Shown in pieces: positions 24,301 through 39,300 of a stretch of 64,000 nt of DNA (position 1 is the first letter of the stretch; the number at the start of each line of letters is the position of its first letter). Under the pieces are notes generated by a model. That model was not told the DNA's origin and made no database searches. It saw only the letters and a program-made list of their open reading frames with translations. Origin of the DNA: Yuukianura sp. NJ FZ-2021 (Eukaryota). A program made the translations under genes and the position numbers. Location of the stretch: positions 8,928,001 to 8,992,000 of the forward strand of contig CM102286.1 in assembly GCA_046563655.1 (NCBI GenBank), in the 5' to 3' direction.

Positions 24301-27300
24301 CTATGCAAACCTTTTAGATTATTAGTTGCTCTCGGAAATTTACTCTGAATCGTGCTGGAATCACGTTGTCGAAACTTTTTTTGGATTTATGAATGTAAAC
24401 ATTAATTGGTTCCAATTGGAGAAACTGCTTGAAGCATCATGCATCTGGTTAATGTTTAGGCAGAGGCGAGAAAGGAAAGATCTCTGAGCGCCGCTTTGCC
24501 TAAAAAATGTGACTTTTTGTTCTTTTTCCGCTCATTTCTGTTCGTTTGCGCCCCGCTAACTTCAGTGGTGCCCGGAAAACTGTTCTTCCGCCGCCTTTTC
24601 TCGGCGAGTAAACATTATGTAATGTAATAAAATAGGGAGGCAATCAGGAGAGCATCTGACAAGGAAATGAAAGTGGAGCAGGAACAGGAATTGTCTCTGG
24701 CAGGAGGCGGAAGAAGAGGCTAAGGGCACACAGTAGAAGGCGCTTTGTTCCATTTGTTGTCCTGGGTGTGCCAGCGTCCCTCTTGGATTTAGTACAGTAA
24801 ATATGTGCTCAATGATCCATAGCGAAATAAAAATGTCAGGGACTTCGGGAGACAACTGGGCCGACATTTTGCTTCGTCTTTTACTTTTACAACGAGAAAG
24901 AAACTAAAGGCGCTTTCATTCACCCCAGTCGCCAATATTTCTCGCAACTGCCTTCTTTTCCCGCCAACGTTTGAATGGTTACAAAGCTTTTGTGGGTTTT
25001 ATCTCCCATTTTGATCCTATATTGTTTGGTACTTGGAGATTCGCAGTCTTTGCAGATTAATTTTGCAAATAAATAGGTCAATTTTTTGGCCCTTCGTCGC
25101 TTCAGCCAACATTAATTCAGCAAAATGCTTGCTGGAATTTTGACAAATGGTGTTTAAGTCCCGTCCAAAAAAACTACCGCCCGCTGATTTTTGCGCGTCT
25201 AGCCAAGATTTGAACTTTTTCGTAGGAATTTGTTTTTCAGCGATCTTTTCCTCTTTACAGATCCACCGTCTTTTGTTATCAGCAGAATTCCAGGGTTTGG
25301 ATATCCAATCCGTGAAGGAATTGCGATGGCTCTAAAGTGTGACATTGATGCTAATCCTTGGAGTGCTCCCGCATGGGTCAAAGGTAAGAATTTTTTGCAG
25401 TTTCGAAAACTTTCTAAAAGTGTTCCACTGTCACCGGCCGAAAAGGCATTTTCAGCTGTCAAGGCCCTGTCCAAAAGTTTAAAGTTGGTTCTTCTACTCT
25501 AACAAATTGGTCAACTGGACCAGTCTCCACTGTTTCTATAATAAATGGCAAGAATTTCCAGAAAAGTAAACTGTTATAGAAGTGTTATCCTTTCCGTCCA
25601 GTTGGTCCAAGTGCCGCTAGCTGTCTCGTTCACATCAACGTGAGTAAGTTCTAGTATTCTAATCTCGTTCGTCCAAAGGAAGCGTTTTTTCTCCTTCCTT
25701 TTCCAATGAAAACATCCAGACAAAAGAGAAAGAAGAAGAAAACTCAATTCCGACTTGGCTTTTGAAGAAGGAAAATCTAATTTGGAATTTTCGTGTGAGA
25801 GCAAGAAGGGAAGGGGGCAAAACATAGAATATTTCATTGTGCTTTCTCCCTCCCTACTAGTATAGCCGCGGGTTCCATTCATTGGAAAGTTGGAGATGAT
25901 AGAAAGTGAAGGGTTTTAGAATGAATGCTTTCAAATTGGAAGAAATTCATCTCAAAAGGACATAAGAACCTAGCCTAACCTAAGAATGGTCTGTCGATAA
26001 GTTTCCATTATGGGTGGACTACTGGCGGCTAAAGCTTGTTTAGCTTACAAAAAGAACGACGACGTTGTTTGGGAATTCTCCAACAAATACAATTGTGATC
26101 TATTGGAAAAATGGGCTCAAGGAATCCAAAAGAGGAAAAGAGCAAACAGAGGGACAAAATACAATTTGGAGGAAAAAAAAGAGTAAAGTTGCAGAAAATG
26201 GTTAGAAGCTGGAGCAACTTATTAAGATTTGATTGGTTCGATTTTTAGGGTAGGAGAAAGTATGAAAAAGAAAAAAAAATTGAAATGGAAAACAAAAAGA
26301 AAAAAAAGTTAAGTTAACAAAAGGATGTGCGGAGACTATTATTACTTCCAGCATGTTCAATTCCATTCAGGGCATGATAATAGGCTTTCCTTTGTAAAAT
26401 CCTTCATGCGAATCACGACATTTTCATCAATGAGATTCAAAGTTGAGCTCAATGTAAGTAAATAACCCTCTTTTTTCCAAATAACAATGACCTTAGGGGC
26501 TAGCAATGTACTTTTCAGGTCAAAGCCAACACAAATTTAATCCCACTTTTCCAAAATTGCCAATTTTCTTTTTCCTTTTTTTCAAAATCAATTTCAAACT
26601 GTATTCATTTTGTCTTCTTTAAGCCTTTCACAGAAAAAAGAGCATCATTCTCTTCCAACTTTTGCAAAATTGGTACTTTGATCATCTGAATTTTTTGAGA
26701 CTTAAAATTCAATTCCGTACTACTAAAAATTTCATTTTCCTACCATGCTTCACTCATGCTCCACAAAAGTTCAAAACGTCCTCTTCTTTTTTAAACGGCC
26801 TATTTTTTGTAAAACAGGTTAGGATTTAGATAGGAGTGAGCATTGGGGTGCTAAAAGTAGAGTTCTTGGAAAACATCTTATTCTTTGAAATTTAGAATGT
26901 TGGAATAAGTCTTAAACTGTAGACTCCGTGCTTTGTAGGAGCTGGAATGGGCAACTAGGCGACATGAATGGCTTCTTCTTGAAATATATGGGTATTCTGT
27001 GGAGTAAAACACTTTAAATTGAATGAGAAACGGTTTACTTGGACGAAGCCGAGGAAGTGGTCCGCGCTGCTGAACAAGCACACACGACGACACAACAGTT
27101 CCACTGCTGCAGGGAAGCACGTGGAATAGGCTTTAATAACCTAACATAACCTAACTTTCACCACTTATAACTTCAAAGGATTTTAATAATGAACTAAAAT
27201 TTCTACCTGCCAACACCCTCCGTTGCTCAATGGCTAAACAACACTTTATTGGGTGAAAGCATAAGGCATAGTCCACTTCCACCTACTAACGTAAGTGTTT

Positions 27301-30300
27301 TGAAACCAAGGACTAAATTACATGATTTCGAGGTTTCAAAAATAATTGCACCAATTTCAAAATTTTCCACCCATCATCTAGATATTGGAATCCAATTAAG
27401 TTAGTTTAATCATTTTAGGTAAGTGCGACCCATTAATTTAGAGTTTGGTTTAAGTTTATACCAATGTTTTGCTGGAATTAATTGCGCTGTCAGTTAAGTT
27501 GGAGAGGAAAGGGGAAGAATTAGACATATCTATGCAAATAAGAACTTTCTCCCCTAAACTAACTTTCCCTAACCTAAGTTTTCCTAGCGTTAACTTTCTG
27601 CGGAGCCACTTCCAAACTTATCGTTTTCCAAGTTGTCCCCCACAACTGAAAAGTGGAAGTAACTTTAAGGTAGACTCAGAGTATAGAAAGTACAACGTGT
27701 TCCAAAAGTTACTCGAACATCAGCTGTTTCATCGAATTGTTTTGCATTTTAAATTTTGACGCTTGGAAGTTAGAAATGAATTGTTTCTTGGTTTTACTGA
27801 TTCACTGCATTGTCAGTTTCAAGTTCACCTTCCGTTTCCTGACGCGCTGATGAATCACTCTGTACTTTTTGTGAAACCAGGAGTGAAGGATGGATATGGA
27901 ATTTGGTGCCTTTGTAGTTGATTTGTTCTGGTCCAGTGGAATCCAAACGTCTTCTCCAATCGGAATAAATTCAAACTGCAGTACATTGCATCTCTGCTTT
28001 CCCCCTTCCGCACTTTCTACAAACTTTTTTCTTTTTCCGAAAATTCGGTGTGAGCGTCATTAGTATGCATCCAGTTCCTCCTCATTGTCTTGCCGTAATT
28101 CAATAATAGGGAAGCGAGAAAGGGAGGGAAGTGGATTCGGGAAAACCATAGAGGCCTAACCTAACTTAACAATAGTGCCTATGGCCCTATCCTTTGATTA
28201 TTGACATTGTAGTTAAGGCGGGAGAATAAGGGGAAATGAAAAGTCAGGGAATTGCTTCCAAGATTCCGAACTTTTGGATCCGGATTCCCTTACTTCCTGC
28301 TTTCTTCATTTTCTTCTGGATTTCTGCTTTCTGCCAAAAGAAATCTTCCAAAAGAAGAACATCCCCCTTCTGGAAACTGTTGGAAGCATCGTTTCACACT
28401 GCAGGGCCATATCATTTATTCCATTCCATAAACTTTCTCCTGCCAAACTTTCAGCTGCCACTCAATTTCGAAATTATACAACCCAATTCAAAGTTTTGAA
28501 ATTTTTATAGACGTTAGCTTCTAATTTTTTTTCTACGTCAACTCCTTTCCAAAACAAAAATAAAACAAAAATTAACAATAGCTTAGCTCAACATTTCAAT
28601 AATGGATTGGGTGGTGGAGGATTTGAAATTAGAGTTGGTTAGGTGAAAACCCAACATAGTTTCTGCAAGATTTGATCAAAAAAGGAACTGTTTCACATGT
28701 TGTTCATCCTGTCCTAGATATGTTGTGAGAGACTCACGATTCTTTCAGCATCTTGAATACTGGAAATGGAAGGCACTGCGTGTGATGATGGTGAATGATG
28801 GTCATGGTCACTGGTGGTACGTAGGAAGCGATGTGTGTTCGGTTGCTGGTGGAACATGGTGGGCTACCAATGTTTTCGTGCTGGAATGCTTGATCCACCA
28901 TTCCTGCTGTCGCTGAGTAAAGTTTATGATTGGAAGTGTTGGAATTATTGGTTGTTTGCAGATGGAGGGGATCCTCCGCCGGTGGCTGCGTCGGAAGATG
29001 GGTTTCTCAATTTTACGAACGTCGAGCGGAATCAGACCGGATGGTACAAATGGTAAGAGCTCAAGATGTTGAACAACCCTACTTACTCCGAAGTTTCATT
29101 ATTCTTGCTCAATGTGAATCAAAATGCTTGGTTTTCATTAAACCTTCATGCTATCTTGTTTCAAAATTCAGCATTCTATTCAAAATTTACACGTAGAGCA
29201 CGAGACAGACAAATTTATGTATTTCAAACGCGTCACTTTGCGAATATATTGTTGTCAGTACCTGGTTTCTAAATTCTAAAACAAAATAAACTGTATTTTG
29301 GTTAACATCGAGTCGAATGCGAAGGAGTGAAACGTAGGGCAGCTATCTAACAGTTTACTTTTTGTTTTAGTGTTTCGCACCATCCGCTGGGGAAGTACTC
29401 GTCTGTCGGCTACTACCTCAACGTTCGATGTAAGTTACAAACTTTCACTGCCAACACGCACCACTTTCTCCTGCAGGAAGTACAAAACAAACTTGTACTC
29501 GCAAACACATCGCACGATGCGCAATGTTAGTTCCTTTCTCAGCGAGTTGTTCAGACAGAAAACATCAAACGCAACACAATTCGTTCGATTGAATTTTGAC
29601 GGAATTTTTTTTTGGCTTTACACACTGTGTCTCCAAGTTTTATTGTGGCGAAATGTATGCAACTTTTGGTTTTAAACTTTTCTCTCTCCTTGCGCTTCCA
29701 ACTAAAGTTTTAAATTACTGTACTGTTGCGTTAGCCCGTTGACGTTTTTCAGCTCAAACTGCAATGTCCTCTAAGTTAGCACTCCACAAAATGAAAAATG
29801 AAGTCTGTCTTATTTGAGTGTCGTGATTTTCGGATTTGAACAAATGACGAGCTCTCTCGTTGCAACTTCACTCCCGCTGTTTGTCCAGGAAAAGATGACG
29901 CTTTTAGTTGCAAGACGCGCCTCCAAAGTAAACGGGAAGCATTTGAGGCGGAATGAAACACAACTTCCTAACTGTATGCAACCCCTGCTGCTTTCTCAGA
30001 TGTTGATTTAATGAATAAATGAGCATCCTTCCAACTTCTCCATGCTAATTCTGTTTACTTTCTTCATTTGATACGTCCTGGTGCTTCCCCATCCTCACTA
30101 AAGTTTTTCTAAGATTTGTTGAACATAAACACCACAGCGAATGGCAGCAGGCAGCTGGATAAGTCGAAAGCAAAGAAAGTGACGGAAGGCTTTCCAGTTA
30201 ATGCTTTGATTTGCTTGGTCTGGCGTTAAACTCGTCTTTTTTTCGAATTACAGACTCCACTCTTTCTTAAGGAAAATTGTAAATGCGCGGCGTAGGAGAC

Positions 30301-33300
30301 GTTAAACAAAGTAGTGTCCATCCTGTACATTGTATATGTTCCCTGCTGGTCACTTCCTGGAAAAATCTATTTAGAAAGCGGCGAACGCCTCTTGTGATTG
30401 ACGCTAACAATTTTTCATTCTTTCTTTTCCAGATGAACCAACAATCGTTCATCAACCTCCAGCCAGAGTCGAGGCGGGGGTGGGGGAGAAAGTGGGTCTC
30501 AAATGCGAGGCTGATGGTAAGTCGTAAGTTGTATGAAATAATAATCCTATGATCGTATTTTATGCATTGCACTTATTATTTAATGCCTAGAAAAAGGTTA
30601 GCCATACGGTAGGAAAAACAAATTGTTTTCGAGAATTTTTAACCATAATTCGAATTTCTGATCTTTGTAAGGTGTTCGGAGGAAAGCACATTTTTTACAT
30701 TATCTATGAACTAAGGCTGTCAACGTAAAAAATATAATGCTGACTGGATAATAATATAATTATTCAGTTTTTATTTTGAAAATGAGCTGTTTATTTTGAT
30801 TTCAATTTGCAGGTCGTCCGTCCCCGGGTCTTTGTTGGAGTCGGATCGGGTTTGGTGGTTCCCTGACCGCTGTTGGTTCAGGTCAAGAATTGATTCTGGA
30901 GAATATTTTATATCAAGAGGCTGGATCCTACCGTTGCGTTGCACAGAATCGATTGGGACTGGAGGAACGAAGAGCTCAGACCCGTGATGTCCAAGTAGTC
31001 GTGACAGGTGACATGCCCCTTTGTACCCACCTTCTTCTGATATCCACTTAAGTCCACGTCACATTCCACTTACGCAACTTCCATTTCAATCCACAACTTA
31101 TTTTGACAACTTGAATCTCAATCTCGTTAGACAACTGCCAGGTTTCTGAATTATGCATCTTCAACGTGATCAAAACCAGGAAATTCCAATATTCCACACA
31201 AAAAAATTAAGTTTGGGTTTAAACTTTTTTAAAAGTCGTTTATGCAAAGAGGTTTCAAAAAACTTCAAAAACCAGAAATTATCAGAAAGGCACAGTTTAT
31301 GGTCAAATGCCCAATTTTTGAATCATAAGCCCAACTTTTTTTTTGTCTTTTTCTCAGTTTACGCCAGTCTTTGTTCTCTCTCATACTGCTCCCTTTTTTT
31401 TCGTTTTTATAGACAAATGACAGAGTAAGTTTGAAATCATGGACATTCAGCTTTCATCAACTGAGCTGATCCATTTAAGTTGTAGTGGAACATGCCAAAT
31501 ATAGGAGTGCCCGCCCTCGGAGTTCCGTTCCGAAGAGGTTTTTGGCACTTTCCAGGGGGATGTCAATTAAATTTAATGGATTTCCTTTTAATCATGTCAA
31601 CTGGATTTTACGTTTCTCAGTTAAGGTCGTAGCCTCCCGAGGAGTCGAGAAGTGAAAGTCGCTTTTCACTTTTCTTTTCACACATTCACATCATTCCCTC
31701 GCGTGTCAAAGTTCAACTAAGGAACAGAAAGGGAAGTCGCTAGAACCTTTCAACTTGAAGCGTAATAAGACTTTTTAGCAAATAGGATTGAGATTGAGCT
31801 CTTCTTTATAACCTCCCAACGAAACGGGCCTGTAACGCTTTCTAAACGCACAAGATAAGGCGGGAACGAGGGAAGTTTGAAGTGAGTTGGAGCTCCTCTC
31901 TTGCTCCTTTGTCAAAAATCATTTTGAAGGCCTTCCACAGTGACTGAGGGAGAAAGTTAGTGTTAAGAGGCCATAAAGATAGAGGAACAGAAATGGGCTA
32001 CTGACACTATACGGCCTAAAGCTCCCATAGGTCTCGAAAGAGCGTAGAAAGTAAAAGTAATTTTACGAAGAAAGTTGATTATTACAAAGGAGCAAGATAG
32101 ACCTATGTAGTTGTAGTTAATTTTCATTAGAGCAGTACACGACGCCTCGAGGTGTCCCTACGCCTTTACTGCCAAACTTTGTTCTTGACCGAAACGTTGT
32201 TCGTTTCGAGGTCAAACTTACATGTCTAACGAACTGTCTTGCTACATCCGGACACTTTTCTTCAGAACCTAACCTAACATGTCGAAAACAGACTCCTATT
32301 CCAAGTCCAAATGCATGTCTCCTGGGAAAATAGAAAAGGAATTCATCCTTTTGAAATGACAGAAGGAGGTTGCTGGGGAGCTTATTTTTGACTTTGAAGA
32401 GGGAACGTCTATTTTAAGGGCATTAAAATTCTACTCAACAAAGTCATTAGCACTTGGGAAAATAAACGATGGGGGAAGCATTTGTCATAAACTTTCCAAC
32501 CGAGTTCATTTGTAGAGTTGTGAGCCTGATCCTATTATGCCTCTGACATAAAACTGTCGGCGTTAATTTATGATTTCCAGGTCGCCCTGTTGTCTACCCT
32601 ACGAATCGTACCATAATGGGCTACACTGGACAGCCCTTGTCACTTTCCGTAGAAATGTGTGCCAATCCACCACCGGACAAGTCCTACTGGGTCTTTGGGA
32701 ATACGGCACTCAAACCTGGAGGGAGGCATAGAAACAAATATGCCGCCAAGAAACTGACGCTAACGGTAAGTGAAAGTTCAGAAGCCAAAAGTCAAAAACT
32801 TAAAGGCTCAGATCAATCATCCTTTGAAGGTTCTGTCAATATACTTTAGAAAAAGTCTGTCAGATTTTTATCAAAGTTTGAAAAATTTGAGACAAAAAGC
32901 TGTTGTTGCGCTGTTACGCTTAAAAGCAAAACGTAATGAGCTATTTTGCTTATAATTTAATTTTGGTGGAAAGAATAATGTCAAGTACATTCCAATTTCA
33001 AATTCAAAATTCCTGCGTAAAAACCCCAAAATGTGATTTTTGTAGTTGAAATTGAAGGAATTCCATTTTGAATATTCAATTTTAAATTTCGAGTCAATGG
33101 AGTGTGAAACTGGAAATACTTTTTGGTGGTTTTTCAAATTGAATGAAGCACAAATCTGTTAGCTCTGATCCCCATTACACACATGAACAAATACTTATCA
33201 CACAGAAGTGGATAAGTGTATGTGAGAAATCCGAAGAGATGCACCTTGTCGCCTTCCCAGACAATCTTCCCAGAGGAGTGAATGGATATGAAGCCATTTT

Positions 33301-36300
33301 TCATGTTGCCTTACTTTTAAAAATGTATTAAGGGCATACCTTACCCTGGAACTGAAGGGATGTGGAAGAAAACTATTAAGGCAGAAGCAAATAATGCACG
33401 GAATATGATTTATGGCTACAAAGGAACCTTGGAAAGTGAAATAGGGCCTTTTCAGCTACTCTTCGCGTCTTAAACTTACACTTTCTCAAGGAAAAGAAGA
33501 TGAAAGCATCATTATGAGCAAATGCAGGGTTTCCTTTTTCCCAATTTCCAGGGACACTCAGTATATGCTTTGGGCTGGAATTTTGAAATGGGAAATTGAG
33601 CAATAAGTGTGGAAAAGAGCCGTTAGGGTAGCCTTATTAGGGAAATTTAATAAAAATTCAAATTGTTGTTTCTATTAAGGGGAAGCGTATTCTTCAAAGG
33701 GCTCTGGAGTACTTTGTACAGGGTGAAATAAAACTTTCAAACACTTGGTGTAGTTTGTGGTGGTGCAGTGGATGATGATATTCAATATCCATGTTCTCAT
33801 ATTAAGATGCTAAAATATGCTGCTGAAGCAGGGTTTTAACGTAGTGACAGTCCTGTGAAAACTGCCAGATGATATGCTGAGCAAGGGAAACAAAAAGGAT
33901 TTGCTTTCATGCAAAAAATACTTTTTTTTACCCAGGAGCTGAATATGTTTTAAGAATCGGCAGCCTTTTGAGTTTTTATTTTTTGGATTAGCAAACAAAG
34001 GCGATTTTTAAACTGATCCGGATTTTTATTTTTTTCAAACAGTACTACTAATTCTTTGAATTTTTTGCCAGGAGTTATTTGCTAAACTAGCGTAGATAGT
34101 AGTAACTCAAAAGGTACATAGCATTCCGCATTCAAATTGCAGAAACTTTTTATCAACGTGCTTGAAAGTCAATTTGTCACGGACAAATTTGTAAAAGAAA
34201 GTTTTTGGAGGTTTGAAAAGTACGAATTGGTTTATGAAATGATACTTATTACAAATGGGAGACACTTCTTCACCAAAGTCAAAGATAAAATCGAACCACG
34301 AATTTTCCTGCAACGGCTACTGAATTCTTAATGTCTCGCTCGATCCCCCGGGAAAATTTCAAAAGTCAAGAAGTGCTCTAGTTTGCAAAAAAAGTTTCAC
34401 TGGACTCGAAAGGCTTTGTTCAAAATTTCCTAATTTTAAAGTTCCATGGAGAACCGTAATTAGTCCAGTATTTCAATCCCCTCCAGGAAGACTTAGGCAT
34501 GCCATTGGTAGAGAAAGCCAAAGTTGTGAAAACTTTCCTGTTTAATTCATTCCTTGGAGTCATCAAACGCCAAGAATAGAAAGTCAGGTGAAAGAAGTCG
34601 TGGAAATGGAATGTGCTAAATTCAGAAGATAGAAAAGACAATAAGTTGGTTACTTTGGTGGAAAGATGCAAAGTAGGACACGGAATTAACCTGACGAAGA
34701 CTGCTGTGACTGTGGCTTTACTTGGATCAATTCTTCCTACCAAAAGACGATGTGGCCGGAAGCTTTTGGTTTAAAAACCTACTTTAGAGGAAAGCGTCAC
34801 ATTAGGCTTTCGTTGGAGCTTTTCATTTTGCTTCTAGCGATGGAAGAAGAAAGCTTCTTGAAGCTGCTCAGTAGTATTTAGGCCTTTCGATTACACGAAG
34901 ACAGACGCATAGTTACTTCCTCCTGGGGCAAAAATAGAAAGCAAAGGAAGAAAGATGAGTTTTGTCTAAAAGCTTATTTTGGAGTACAGTAGAACCCGGA
35001 GAAAGTACAACTGAAAGTCTAAATTTCTATTCCCACTCGACTATTTCCATTTATTCGTGTATTTCCCAGTGTATCGAGGATCTTTTGCAAAAGTTTAACT
35101 AAAATGCCTTTCCTTTCTATATCTTTTCCAAGAAAATACTAAAACCTAAAAGCGGATTCCTTTCCTCTCATTACACGAAGTTCTCATACAACCTAACACA
35201 ATATCTGAAAGTAGGACTTTCACTAACTGAAGCCCATTGAAAGATTAGACTCCAAAATGGAACAAATCTAATTAGAACAAAAAGTCTCTCTTAGCTGCAG
35301 CACTCCAAGCACTTTCTCAGCTTCTACGCTTTTTGAAAAAGGAGAGCAAGGACGGAAGCCACACCGACACATTTGACTTACTTCTACTTACACTAAGTCA
35401 GGTTCTTCGTACTTTGAAGTGAGAATTGTCATGGGAACGCATTCGGACGTGTCCAGGAGTAAAGTCAAGAGTCTGGACCCTCCTTTTTGCTGTATGCACA
35501 AAAGTGCCAAAAAGTAAATCCATTTTGTGCACATGTTAATGATACCCTACCATGCACCATATTCATTTGCGATTTTTCAGTTGACTTGGATTGGAGAAAG
35601 TTTTGATTTAAACGGTGCGTGAAAGCGGCAATTATAAAAATATATTTTCAGGGATTGGCTTATGGGTTCACTAGGGTTAAGTGCAGTTGAAGTGCGACTG
35701 GAACTGACTTGTGCTAAATTACGGGGTCCAACAGCATGATTAAATTTAAATCAATGTTCTAATCCGCCCACTGACGTTTCTAATGACTATAGGGCTCTGC
35801 ACAGCGCCAAAGAATTGAGTGGTACTTTTTAAACAAGCAGGGCTTCAACAAAATGCATACACAGAGCAGCGTCAATGCAAATTCTTCCTAATTATAACCT
35901 CCTGTGGCTCCCTGCAAGGACAAACACAAGAACCTAAATTGTAATGACTAAGCGCACACGTTACAACTTTCACTTGTGGGCTTTCACTTTCCACGAAAAC
36001 TTTTCAAAATTTCTATTCCCGCGGAAACCCTAAACAAGAATCCTGTTATAATGTTACAGCAGAATGCAGGAGATTATAAAGGGACTTTTATAGTAAATGA
36101 AAGTACCACATAATCTTGGGGTGGGGAATCACTCAGGAAATTAGTTATGGAATGAAGTGGAACTTTTGGTTGAGGTTCAAAACTACCACAATGGCACTTC
36201 CATGTAAATTCAAAATTAGGATTCACTTGTACTGGTACAGAGCTGGTAGGGTTTGTACGTATACTTGTGGGGTAGCAAAAGACACTCCAGAATAATCAAG

Positions 36301-39300
36301 TTCTCTTGACTTGTTAAAGTTAATCAATCTAATGACTAATGAATACGAAACCCTCTCGATGCCTCCTCTGAAAGGTTAGGTTTATGCTGGTATAAGTTAG
36401 GTAACGCTTTCTAGATAGGAAATGATGAGGGAGAGTTCGAAGTGTGGATTTGGGAAGAAGAGAAAGTGGAAATAGAAAGGTGCTTCACAATCCTGTCAAT
36501 CCATCATTGTCATCCGCCCGCATTTTGGCTTTCGGCAGGAAAGTTGAGCCCCGAAGCATTACTTTTTAAAATTTCCTGCTTCATTCTCCCCTCATTTTGA
36601 TTCTGCTCGACTTCATTGTCTCTAGTAATTAATCTGTCTGCATTCTCAAAATCCAATGAGAAGTCAAGGAGTTGAAGATTCCTAAGAGGAAGATTCTTTA
36701 TAGTGTACAGCATCGTCTAAAAATCCCATTTTAATGGTTCACTTTAAATTTTTAGTGGAAGTATTTTTTTCAGTCTCGCTAGGAATTTCTTGAAAAAGAA
36801 GATTAGAATTTGAAAATCAAAAGCACTGTAGTGTTAAATCAGATTAGCCCAGCCCAAAGTCATCTAGACCATGAGACTTTGCTGGATCTTTGAAGCTTTT
36901 GTCAAAGATTTTAAAAAGTCAGGCACAATTCCCGGAACAAGCGTGGATGGATCATCATGTACTTTTCCAAGAACCAAATGAGTTCCAGCGGGAGTTGAGT
37001 TCTAATTAATGTAATTAATGAGACTAAAGGTAACTGGAGAGTGTTGCAAAGGAGGAATCCTTGTAAAGTCAAAGTGTTTCCAAAGAAACTGTCTCTGTTC
37101 ATTAACCTCGACTGCTAGAAGAGACGAGAGTTTTGGGCAGGTTTGGATCTTTAGTACAAGGGAGATCGACGCACGTATTTTCGAGACGACTAACAATTTG
37201 GAAGTAACGCGATTTTGATCTTTCCCTCCTCATTTCCATTTCCTTCTCTAGCATTCACCCTAGGCTTCCCCTATGTTAGAGTTGGGCAAAACCGAAAAGG
37301 AACCTCTTGCTTTCCCTGTGGAGAAACTGAAAGCAATAATTCTTAATGCGTTGGTTACAATTAAGGAACCTTTTTGTCAGAAATAAATTACTTTTGTACA
37401 GATAACGTTTGGGCGGACTCCTACTACGAGCAAAAACTTTGTTCAGAAAATCACATACTATGCAGTACTATATACACCAAAAAGTCAAAGTCGTTTTCAT
37501 TCAGACTAATCTTAGAGACTTTTAATTTTCAAAGCCCTTTTCACTTTGAAGTTCATACTTAAAGGAAAATCTAGCATTGATTCCGTTTGAGATAAGGAAA
37601 ATCAATAGATGTGATCTCAGAAAAACAATGGACTATGGGGCCATACTATGTACAACGTAGACAAATTTTGACTTTGCTCGTTCTAGTTTTCAAATGCGAA
37701 AAAAAGTACTGGAGGGATGGGATTCAAACGAGTTCTAAAACTTGAATAGCAACTGTCAGTCATGATCGTTTTCAATTACACGAAGGCCTTTTGTTACAGT
37801 TTTTCGCTTCATTACGCAACGAAGAACAAAAGCATGGGTCACCATTGCAGCAATGTACACAGCGTCCCAATTTTTTTTCAAAGGAAAAGTAAAACAAACG
37901 ACATCACAAGAGTGGCTATGGTTCTGCCAAACTAGAACAATGCGAGTTTTAGGATACTTACAGTTGACAGGGATTAGAAAGAAGGAATGTCATAGGAGGA
38001 CACTTTCATCCCAGTCTGACAAACGACTTAAACTTAATTCCCCACGCATGCCTCTCTTCACTTTGATTCACTATGAGGCATTTTATTAAAATGGACAAAG
38101 GAATGCGGAAACTGCGCTTCGAGTGACACACGAGTACAATAGAAATGTGCTACATGATACCGGAAACCATGCTTGAAAAACATCGCCTTTTGTAGAGGTT
38201 TTGTTGCGGAGTGCACTACACTAAAGTTGAAGCTTGGCTGGAAACCCTATATGCAATCAAAGTTACATAAGTTGTTATGTAACTTTCTTTGGAAGAAGAA
38301 TTTTTCTGGTATTTTGTTCAATGTGCTGCCACGTGGAAAGTTAGTTACCTGATCAAAGAGAAGTGAAAGCACGCCAAAGAAGAAGAGATTTCATGCTCGA
38401 AAGTGTAGCAAAGAAAGGGAAGTAAAACTAACAAAGACTTTCTTTATTCTGCTCAACTTTTTTATTGTTTCAAAACGAGAGAGCGAACAATTTTTGTGGT
38501 CCTTGGAGAAACCTCTTGAAATTGAGTGTAATTTTTTCAACTGCCAGTTTCTGCCAAAAATGTTGGTTTTGTCATTTTCAATTCTGAGAAAGTGTTATCG
38601 GACTTTTCAGATTTTTAGTACCAATTTATTGTGTGCAATAAATTAGGTAAACGCCAATGAGTTAACATTTGCTATTCGATACAATGGCCATAGCGTTTTG
38701 GTTAAAAAATGAAAGCGAAGATGATTTTTTTTGGGTTTCTTTGCGTTTCCTCAAATAGAAAATCAAACCATGGTTTTCAGGTTTGATACCTTGCTATATT
38801 TGGTATTTATGTCATGCATGTTTCTGAATTCTTCAAAATAGTACATGTTTAATTAATATTAAATTGTAGTAGATTTTATAAATAATGGAATAATTCATAA
38901 ATATAACAATGTAATTTCTAAATTACGCCAATGCGTTTTTGTGATTGGCGGCAGGTTCGAGATTGTTTTTGAAAGTCTAGGATTCTTGTTGGCCAAATTG
39001 AGCCCTTTGTCACGGACTGTTCTGCGGAAAAGCTTTTGAACTTTTACTTTGATTCAAATTTGAAGAACTTCCTTTTCACAGTCCCCACATTGTAAAATAA
39101 AATAAAGTATACTGAAGGAGTTTTCTTGAAGTTGGCGAAAGAGTTCTTTGTGTGAGATATGAATTTGAAAGGTTGAAATATTCATCCATCTGAATTGTCA
39201 CTGTGAGAACTTTTGAACAAGTTATGATTACGGTTGAAGTTTTTTTTTCAATTTCAAATATAAAACAATTGGTTAATAAAAGCCGGAGGATGTAGACAAG

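Noticed and set aside
18730..32280. Scattered AACCTAACCT motifs as interstitial telomeres
   Set aside because: Only 2-3 units each and dispersed, so treated as a background simple motif.
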